Positions 57,311 through 64,000 of a DNA stretch of 64,000 nucleotides are shown in pieces. A model generated the notes under the pieces. It worked only from the letters and a program-made list of their open reading frames with translations, did no database searches and was not told the DNA's origin. Source of the DNA: Myxococcota bacterium (lineage in GTDB: Bacteria > Myxococcota_A > SURF-8); the NCBI GenBank assembly GCA_963674735.2, contig CAXXQS010000001.1, forward strand, positions 192,001 through 256,000, read 5' to 3'. How positions within the stretch are numbered: position 1 is the first letter of the stretch; each line of letters starts with the position of its first letter. The translations under genes and the position numbers were made by a program.

Positions 57311-57675
57311 GATTCACTCCTCTTTCTGAGGTTGGTTTAAATGGACAAATCCACTATAATCGTTATAATTTCTAAAACCACTAAAACTCATATCATCTCT
57401 TTTGTCAATGTATTAATTCGTATCTCGGTGAAAAAGTTAGCAACTACTAACAATCGTGTAAGTAAAAGTGGGTATAGCCGACTTAAAAATTCCAATAAAA
57501 ACCCTCGCCACTTATTCCATTGGAGAAATCCGGCGGAGATGCGCGTAAACCTTAATTGAATGAGGTGCTGCTGGGAAATCGGGGAGACTGCCCATGGAAG
57601 GTCCAGGATTGATCGATTGTCTTCCTCATCTATCTTCGATCAAGCTTTGTTTTTCGTTTTTAGCAGGGATTCATG

Positions 57676-57704
57676 AAAAAAATCCCCGCCCAGTGGCGAG
57701 GATT
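57676..57704 (-). terminator. Intrinsic terminator after the MCP gene
   Basis: AATCCCCGCC/GGCGAGGATT stem with an A-run on the plus strand. Confidence 0.6.
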
Positions 57705-57777
57705 GTGTTGACGGTCTGACAGGGGCTATGAAGACCAGTTGCGTTCGTTGATCTGCCGTGAGCGGGCAAACGACAGC

Positions 57778-59913
57778 CTAAAAGTCCTCGAAATCCTCGT
57801 CGTCATCGAGCGGAATGATCGATTTCGGAGAGAGTTGTAGGGTGGCTTTACCGTTTGATTTCTTTGCCGGAACGGCTGGCTGGAATCGGGACGAAACCGG
57901 GCGACGAAGCGCTTGGGACGTCCTCTCGGTCCGATCGTTTTGGATTTTAAATTGGCCGACCAGGCTTGCCAGCTCTTCCGCCTGACTCGAAAGTTCTTGT
58001 GAAGCGCTGGATGATTCCTCGGCGTTAGCCGCGTTTTGTTGGGTAACGGTGTCCATCTGCGATACGGCCTGGTTCACTTGCTCGATACCGCGTCCCTGTT
58101 CTTGGCTTGCGGCCGCGATTTCGCGTACCATATCGGCCACTTTTTGAATGGAATCGGCCACTTCGGAGAGCTTTCCTTCCACTTGACCGGATATCTGTTC
58201 GCCGTTTGTCGAAAGACTGACTGACTGGTTGATCAGCTGTTCGGTTCGCTGTGCCGCTTCTTTCGATCGCAGGGCCAGGTTGCGTACTTCTTCGGCCACA
58301 ACGGCAAATCCGCGTCCGGCTTCTCCGGCACGCGCGGCTTCGACCGCGGCATTAAGCGCCAATAAGTTGGTTTGGAACGCGATTTCGTTGATATCGCGGA
58401 TGATCTGGGCCGTACCTTCGGCTGCGGTGCGGATCTTTCCCATGGCTTCGATCATCTGGCGCATGGACTCGCCGCCTTCCTGGGTGGACACGATGGCGGT
58501 TTGCGCCATGCTGTTGGCCTGCTGGGCGTTGTCGGCATTCTGGTTGGTCATGCTGGCCATTTCTTCCAGACTAGCGGAAGTTTCCTCTAGCGACGAAGCT
58601 TGTTCGGAGGCTCCCTGGGCAACGGACTGGCTGCTGGCGGCGATTTGTCCGGTGGCGGAGGTGACCTGCTCGGCGGACTGGGCGACCTGCATCATGGTGT
58701 CATGTTGGGCGGCGATGGCCGTGTTGAGAGCTTCGGCAATCTTCAGAAAATCTCCCTGATATTGGCCTTCGGCTCGCGCCATCAGATTCTTATCGGCCAG
58801 TTCTTCCGCGACATGGGTGATATCGCGCAAAATGACTTTGCGCTCGGAGATATCCGTGACGTGTTCGAGTGCGCCGATTACTTTTCCTTGGCTGTCTTTC
58901 AGCGGGGCGGCCATGTATTCCACCGGGAGATTGGCACCTTTCGGATCGGAGACGGTTTCACCGACGTGCACCGTTCCGGAGTCCATGGCACGGCGACAGC
59001 GGCACTCGGGTGTTTGGCAATGGGTGGTGCGGAAGAGGTCGTAGCATTTCCGCCCGATGGCGGATTCCGGTGTGAGGCCCAATAAGCGCGCGCCTTCGGG
59101 GTTCATGAATTGCACGTTGAAGTCGGTGTCGATGGTCATGATGGGAGTGGGGATGTTGTTTAGATAATTGACCTTCAGATCGGCATCGTCCAGAGCGCTT
59201 CTAAGCGTGGACACATCGAGGACATTTTCGATTGCGCCCACGATTTCGCCTTTGTCGTTGCGGATCGGTACGCCGATATACTCGATCGGCAGGTTGAGTC
59301 CGCTTGGATCGGCGACCGTCTGGCCACGATGGATTTCGCCGCTTCTCATGGCTTGGTCGCAGCGGCATTCAGACGTGCGGCAGTGGGGCGTCTTGAACAG
59401 ATCGTAGCATTTCTGACCCAGAGCTTGGTCGGGAGTCATCCCGATGAGTGTGGCTCCGGATTGATTGATGTAGGTAACCGTGAAGGAGCGATCGATGGCG
59501 ACGACCGGTGTCGGAACCAGCTCCAAATGTTTTTGGGCGCTTCGGGCTTCATTGAGCCTACTGTAGTGTGTCAACGTTGCGACCACCATCGAGGTACGGC
59601 CCTGTTTGTCGGTAATGGGCGAGGCGCTGAAGGCGACTTTTTTAGTTTGATCGCTTTGGCGAATGGGCAGGGAATACGCGGAATAATCCGCGGCCCGGCC
59701 GGTTCTCCAGGCATCGGCGATTGGATTGACGCCGTTGAGACCAAGAAAAGTATCGGGGCGCGAGCCTATGGCTTCGGAACTTGATATACCGGTCAGATTT
59801 TCCAGAGCACTGTTCCATAGGGTCACGTTTTGCTGCTTGTCCACAACGAGCGTGGGAGAAGGGCTGTTTTGGAGGATCGCTTTCAGGTTTTGGGTAGGGC
59901 TGAAAAAATTCAT
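57778..59913 (-). CDS. Cytoplasmic methyl-accepting chemotaxis protein with three PAS domains
   Basis: No TM helix, three PAS repeats, and the [34 protein letters not shown] signalling tip. Confidence 0.95.
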   Translation of the reverse strand: MNFFSPTQNLKAILQNSPSPTLVVDKQQNVTLWNSALENLTGISSSEAIGSRPDTFLGLNGVNPIADAWRTGRAADYSAYSLPIRQSDQTKKVAFSASPITDKQGRTSMVVATLTHYSRLNEARSAQKHLELVPTPVVAIDRSFTVTYINQSGATLIGMTPDQALGQKCYDLFKTPHCRTSECRCDQAMRSGEIHRGQTVADPSGLNLPIEYIGVPIRNDKGEIVGAIENVLDVSTLRSALDDADLKVNYLNNIPTPIMTIDTDFNVQFMNPEGARLLGLTPESAIGRKCYDLFRTTHCQTPECRCRRAMDSGTVHVGETVSDPKGANLPVEYMAAPLKDSQGKVIGALEHVTDISERKVILRDITHVAEELADKNLMARAEGQYQGDFLKIAEALNTAIAAQHDTMMQVAQSAEQVTSATGQIAASSQSVAQGASEQASSLEETSASLEEMASMTNQNADNAQQANSMAQTAIVSTQEGGESMRQMIEAMGKIRTAAEGTAQIIRDINEIAFQTNLLALNAAVEAARAGEAGRGFAVVAEEVRNLALRSKEAAQRTEQLINQSVSLSTNGEQISGQVEGKLSEVADSIQKVADMVREIAAASQEQGRGIEQVNQAVSQMDTVTQQNAANAEESSSASQELSSQAEELASLVGQFKIQNDRTERTSQALRRPVSSRFQPAVPAKKSNGKATLQLSPKSIIPLDDDEDFEDF

Positions 59914-60479
59914 ACTGTTTCTCCGTTCAGCTTAAGATGGATAGGTAAAAATACTTATCCGTATGTGATCTATGGAATGTGATTACTTACATGAAGGTAA
60001 ATCGTAAAAAGCAAAAAATTCTTGAAGGAATAATTGCAAGAAAAGGTAAATAATCATATGAACTATTATTTAATTACGACTCCACAATGTCATAACAATA
60101 GTAGTGATAATAATATTTTACAAAGTTACACATAGCTTTCTCGTGGAAAACGTCGCTATATCAATCAGACAATCTGATCAATTGTGCTTGGACCGATTTC
60201 GTTTTGCCTGGCTATTCACGAGTTGTTGGAATTGAGCAGAAATGTTGAAAATTGGTCAGTAATCAGGCCGTAGAATTCTGGCGGGTACTACGTGGTAATA
60301 CGTATTGCGCGGATTGGTTCTCCAGGCCGTGTTTAGGGGTCGGAGTCGGGTGGTTCTGGTCGCATGCTACGTGCAATTAAAGACGGGAGGGTTCTTGAGG
60401 GTTTGGTCAGAGGAGACGCAATAGTTACAGGGTCGACTCGTAAAAGTGAATCGGACCCTCTCCCCATTGCTTTCATCAC

Positions 60480-60517
60480 AAAAAAACGGGCACCTACGAA
60501 ATTCGTAAGTGCCCGTA
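60480..60517 (-). terminator. Intrinsic terminator after tRNA-Leu
   Basis: ACGGGCAC.TACGAA/TTCGTA.GTGCCCGT long stem plus a U-tract on the minus strand. Confidence 0.8.
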
Positions 60518-60524
60518 ATTGCTA

Positions 60525-60609
60525 TGGTGCCCAAGGCCGGACTCGAACCGGCACGGGTCTCCCCACTACCCCCTCAAGATAGCGTGTCTACCAGTTCCAC
60601 CACTTGGGC
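60525..60609 (-). tRNA. tRNA-Leu (anticodon GAG)
   Basis: GCCCAAG..TGGTAGACACG, anticodon arm CTATC-TTGAGGG-GGTAG, long variable arm, GGTTCGAGTCC and encoded CCA. It lies downstream of secG, as leuU does in E. coli. Confidence 0.97.
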
Positions 60610-60670
60610 ATCCTATCAGAGAACCGGCGGCCAAGGTGCAGGTGGTGCGCCTAGGTCGCGAATTCGCGTT

Positions 60671-61084
60671 TTACTTGCCTTCGACCGGCTCAGCTTCTTC
60701 CACGGGAACCGGATCCTCGGCGACAACCGCTTCGTCAGCCGGAGCGGCCTTTTCACCGTCGTGCATGGTCGGCTCGGTGGGAACCGCCGCTGCCGCTTCT
60801 TCCGCCGGTTCGGCCGGTTCGGCCTGCTGCGCCGTCACTTCGTCGACCAGCGAGGCTGTCGAACTGGACAGGTAAGCCAGCGACATGGAAGTCAGCATGA
60901 AGATGATCGCCGCACCGGCGGTGATCTTGCCGAGGAAGCTCATTCCACCTGACGCGCCGAAGACCGTCTGGGAAGAACCGCCGAAAGCCGCGCCCATACC
61001 GGAGCCTTTTCCGGCCTGCAACAGGACGGTCAGGATCATGAATATGGCCACGATAATGTGGATAATCGTCAAAAACACAGTCAT
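60671..61084 (-). CDS. secG: Preprotein translocase subunit SecG
   Basis: VLLQAGKGSGMGAAFGG..VFG..FLGKIT; GGAGG RBS. Confidence 0.96.
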   Translation of the reverse strand: MTVFLTIIHIIVAIFMILTVLLQAGKGSGMGAAFGGSSQTVFGASGGMSFLGKITAGAAIIFMLTSMSLAYLSSSTASLVDEVTAQQAEPAEPAEEAAAAVPTEPTMHDGEKAAPADEAVVAEDPVPVEEAEPVEGK

Positions 61085-61124
61085 TTAAACCACCTCCGGA
61101 ATTTCCGGGTGCAACGGGGGAACA

Positions 61125-61153
61125 CTTATACAAGATGTTCCGGGCCTTGTCAA
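61125..61153 (-). promoter_or_regulatory. Sigma70 promoter of secG-tRNA-Leu
   Basis: TTGACA-17 nt-TATAAG on the minus strand. Confidence 0.7.
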
Positions 61154-61196
61154 ATAAAAATCGACTCCGAGTCGACGCGAAAGAAAAGCCCTGAAA

Positions 61197-61556
61197 TTAC
61201 TGCTTATTTTCAGGACCTGACTCGGTTGTCTTCGGGACGTCGCGTGCCTCGTTACGAAGCTTTCCGGCCATACGCAGCCCTAAAACCAGGGCCGATGCCA
61301 GCAGTACAAGTTTCAGCAAGATCGACCAGGTTTCACTGACGATCAATGCTTCGAGGGCATGGTCGATGCCGACCAGCAGGATCAACAAGGCGATAAACGG
61401 GGTTGATCCCTTGGCGATGCGTTCTCCCAACTCCTGGTTGGTCGCCGTCAATCCTTGCTCCAGCAGGCGCGGTAGGAAGAAATAGACGCCGATGGCGCTG
61501 AAGCTCGTGGCTAGCAGCCAGACAATCGCACTCATCCAATCCGCTTGGGGGTTCAT
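61197..61556 (-). CDS. Small hypothetical membrane protein (3 TM helices)
   Basis: GAGGAGG RBS and three hydrophobic helices. Confidence 0.7.
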   Translation of the reverse strand: MNPQADWMSAIVWLLATSFSAIGVYFFLPRLLEQGLTATNQELGERIAKGSTPFIALLILLVGIDHALEALIVSETWSILLKLVLLASALVLGLRMAGKLRNEARDVPKTTESGPENKQ

Positions 61557-61625
61557 ACGCGCCTCCTCATTGAACAGCGATTGTACCCAAAAGTTCGGGT
61601 GCTGTCGAGAAATCCGTGAACGGCG

Positions 61626-61653
61626 TTGATTCCCTGGCGGGGAGAGCTATAAT
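61626..61653 (+). promoter_or_regulatory. Sigma70 promoter of the thiE-Nudix pair
   Basis: TTGATT-16 nt-TATAAT. Confidence 0.55.
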
Positions 61654-61694
61654 AGAAGCGAGAAGCCGTGCTTGTGCCGTATTGAGGAATGTGA

Positions 61695-62336
61695 ATGGAT
61701 TTCGACGATCGGTTGTATGCGATCAGCGACCGGCGGGCCTGTCGGCCGCTATCGTTGCCTGAGGCTTGGCAGGCCGCCCTGGAAGGGGGGAGCCGGCTTT
61801 TGCAGTTGCGCGAGAAAGACCTGGACGACGACGCGTTGTTGTCTTTGGCGATTGTGCTGCGTGAACGTTGCAGCCGCTACGGCGCAAAACTGTTTGTCAA
61901 CCGCCGGGTGGAGGTCGCGTTTCGCAGCGGAGCCGACGGTCTGCATGTCGGCTTCGATGCCCTGGATCGAATTCTCGGGTGGAAACGCGAGGCCGGTCGA
62001 CCGTTCGGAGTGGGTGTTTCCACTCATAGCCGGGCGGAGGCTTTGGAGGCAGAGGCGGCGGGCGCGGATTTCGTCACCCTGGGGCCGGTGTTCGATACCC
62101 CGTCGAAACGCGGGATGGGCGAGCCGTTAGGGATCGAGGTTGTCGCTCAAGCGGTTGCCGATTGCCGCATCCCGGTTTTCGCTTTGGGCGGAATCACCGT
62201 GGATCGATTGGCGGATTTGCGTCGGGCGGGCATTCGGCGCGTGGGCGCGATCCGGTCTGTCTTGGCGCAAGCGGACATCGAAGCGGCGGTTCGCCGTCTG
62301 TTGTATAACTTGGAGAGGGAATTTGATGAAGGCTGA
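61695..62336 (+). CDS. thiE: Thiamine phosphate synthase (ThiE/TenI family)
   Basis: LQLREK, ADGLH, GVSTH, GPVFDTPSK and FALGGI motifs. The usual ND motif reads NR, so a TenI-like role is not excluded. Confidence 0.75.
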   Translation: MDFDDRLYAISDRRACRPLSLPEAWQAALEGGSRLLQLREKDLDDDALLSLAIVLRERCSRYGAKLFVNRRVEVAFRSGADGLHVGFDALDRILGWKREAGRPFGVGVSTHSRAEALEAEAAGADFVTLGPVFDTPSKRGMGEPLGIEVVAQAVADCRIPVFALGGITVDRLADLRRAGIRRVGAIRSVLAQADIEAAVRRLLYNLEREFDEG

Positions 62337-62958
62337 GCTTCAACGTATTCGCCAGCGATTGACCGATTATTCATTTCGACGTCTCGATGATGGCGAGTAC
62401 ACCCGGTTTACGCCGTCGGCGGTGTTGCTGCCGTTGTTTGTCAAGGACGATCAGCTTCAAGTGCTGTTCACCAAGCGCACCCAGACGGTGAAACACCATA
62501 AAGGGCAGATCAGTTTTCCCGGCGGACGGCGCGACCCGGAGGATGATTCGCAGCTCGACTGCGCTCTGCGTGAAACCGAAGAGGAACTCGGGATTCCCGC
62601 ATCGTCGATCGAGGTGTTGGGACGCCTCGACGAAGTGCCGGTTATCAGTTATTACCGGATTATGCCCTTCGTCGGTGTTTTGCCTTATCCCGTGGAGTTC
62701 ACGCTCAGTGAGGACGAAATCGACCGTTTGATCATCGTGCCGCTCAGGCATTTCATGAAACCTGGCATTCACAGCGTCACGCCGCATGAATTTCACAATC
62801 GCGAATACCCGATACACTTCTACGATACGGGCGACGACACCATATGGGGCGCGACCGGCCGCATTCTGACTCAGTTTCTGCAGGTCTGCTGCGACTACAT
62901 TCCTCCGGCTTACCAAAGCTATCTCGAACGGCGGGCCGCCGGGCGGCTCCATCCTTGA
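62326..62958 (+). CDS. CoA pyrophosphatase (Nudix, NudL-like)
   Basis: LFTKR..HKGQISFPGG NuCoA motif, ALRETEEELG Nudix box and IWGATG. Confidence 0.92.
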   Translation: MKAELQRIRQRLTDYSFRRLDDGEYTRFTPSAVLLPLFVKDDQLQVLFTKRTQTVKHHKGQISFPGGRRDPEDDSQLDCALRETEEELGIPASSIEVLGRLDEVPVISYYRIMPFVGVLPYPVEFTLSEDEIDRLIIVPLRHFMKPGIHSVTPHEFHNREYPIHFYDTGDDTIWGATGRILTQFLQVCCDYIPPAYQSYLERRAAGRLHP

Positions 62959-63023
62959 ACGAGTTTTTTCGATACTGGATCGCCGTGATGCGGTTTTTCG
63001 ACCCGAGAGGTGAAGGGTCGCGA

Positions 63024-63052
63024 TTGACCGTTATTTAAAAGCATGCTATAAA
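63024..63052 (+). promoter_or_regulatory. Sigma70 promoter of the sirtuin gene
   Basis: TTGACC-17 nt-TATAAA with an extended TG. Confidence 0.55.
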
Positions 63053-63100
63053 CGCGCATTTCGACAACCCGCGCGATGACCGCTTTGATTGGAGATCGGC

Positions 63101-63859
63101 ATGAGCATTGCAGGTTTGCAGAAGGCCGCGGAACTGATGGCCAATTCTTCTTTCAGCGTAGCGCTGACCGGTGCCGGGTTGTCGGTGGATTCAGGCATTC
63201 CCGACTTTCGCAGTCCGGGGGGGATTTGGGAACGATGGGATCCCATGGAATTCGCGCACATCGACTCGTTTCGTCGGAATCCCGAGCGGGTGTGGGGGAT
63301 GATTCGGGAGATTCGGGCTCTAAAAAGCAATGCTCGTCCGAATCCGGGACACGAGGCCCTGGCGGAATTGGAACGTATGGGCAAGCTGAAGGGCGTCATT
63401 ACCCAGAACATCGATAACCTGCACCAGGAGGCCGGAAACGAGACCGTGGTGGAATTTCACGGCAATGCGCAGCGCTTGGTTTGCGTGTTCTGTGGTAAGC
63501 GATACGATGCAACGGAGGCGGGCGACCCCGCCTTGGGCGATCCACCGGTTTGCAGCTGTGGAAAAATCCTCAAACCGGATTTTATCTTTTTCGGCGAAGC
63601 CATCCCCCCTAACGCCTATTTGAAGTCGTTGGCCATGGTCGAAGAAGCCGAGGTGATGCTGCTGGTCGGCACCAGCGCGAAGGTGGCCCCGGCCAATATG
63701 CTGCCCGGTATCGCGGTCGGTTCCGGAGCCCGTCTGATCGAAGTGAATCTCGAACCCACCCATCTCACCCACGCCTATGGTTCCGTTCTGTTGCGAGGCG
63801 GCACCAGCGAGGTTCTGCCGCTGTTGGTGCAGGAGATCAAAGCGCTTATGAACCCGTAA
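63101..63859 (+). CDS. cobB: NAD-dependent protein deacylase (sirtuin)
   Basis: [25 protein letters not shown], Zn-binding Cys, FGE and VGTS motifs. Confidence 0.93.
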   Translation: MSIAGLQKAAELMANSSFSVALTGAGLSVDSGIPDFRSPGGIWERWDPMEFAHIDSFRRNPERVWGMIREIRALKSNARPNPGHEALAELERMGKLKGVITQNIDNLHQEAGNETVVEFHGNAQRLVCVFCGKRYDATEAGDPALGDPPVCSCGKILKPDFIFFGEAIPPNAYLKSLAMVEEAEVMLLVGTSAKVAPANMLPGIAVGSGARLIEVNLEPTHLTHAYGSVLLRGGTSEVLPLLVQEIKALMNP

Positions 63860-64000
63860 CCCTCTCGTCATGCACACATTTCCACCAAACAAGATATAAC
63901 TCGCCCGGTGTGAAACTTGACTGCCGGGAAATGGCTTAGTCGAGGATGTAACGTCTCGGATTTTGAGGGATATTGTTGAGCCGCACTTCGTAATGCAAAT

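Noticed and set aside
60364-60952. Plus-strand ORFs over the tRNA and secG
   Set aside because: They are antisense to tRNA-Leu and secG, which are well supported.
61557-61694. TPP riboswitch upstream of thiE
   Set aside because: There is no CUGAGA-type core, and the predicted promoter leaves only a short leader.
1-64000. CRISPR array, integrase, transposase or prophage genes
   Set aside because: No regularly spaced short direct repeats and no recognisable Cas, recombinase, transposase or virion motifs were seen.

Overview
A 64-kb chromosomal segment from a moderately GC-rich diderm bacterium. A Myxococcota/Deltaproteobacteria-like lineage is inferred from a myxosortase-like CPBP protease, a MYXO-CTERM-like substrate and many Cys-rich lipoproteins. 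The backbone is housekeeping: ribH-nusB, elbB, rimO, polA, pheST, mtaB-rnc-yjbQ, rpmE-DUF1385-prfA-prmC-murA, larE, proline dehydrogenase, a split nitrilase-nadE-nadD NAD locus, secG-tRNA-Leu(GAG), a thiE-like gene, a Nudix CoA pyrophosphatase and a sirtuin. Between these lie many exported proteins. Four features missing from the ORF track were read directly from the DNA: a SelW/Rdx-type selenoprotein (CxxU, in-frame UGA plus SECIS-like hairpin, 15189-15404 minus), a 41-aa TatA-like mini-protein, a partial GT-C glycosyltransferase at the left edge and a REPIN-like palindrome doublet. The strongest window-wide pattern is an acidic 'DGDxD' linker motif shared by eight unrelated exported proteins, including a ~1490-aa modular lipoprotein with an exact 303-nt tandem array. 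Also notable are a thioester-domain (TED) protein, a soluble chemoreceptor with Cys-rich PAS domains and an AT-rich two-gene islet. No CRISPR array, integrase, transposase or prophage was seen. All family assignments come from motif recognition by eye, without database searches.
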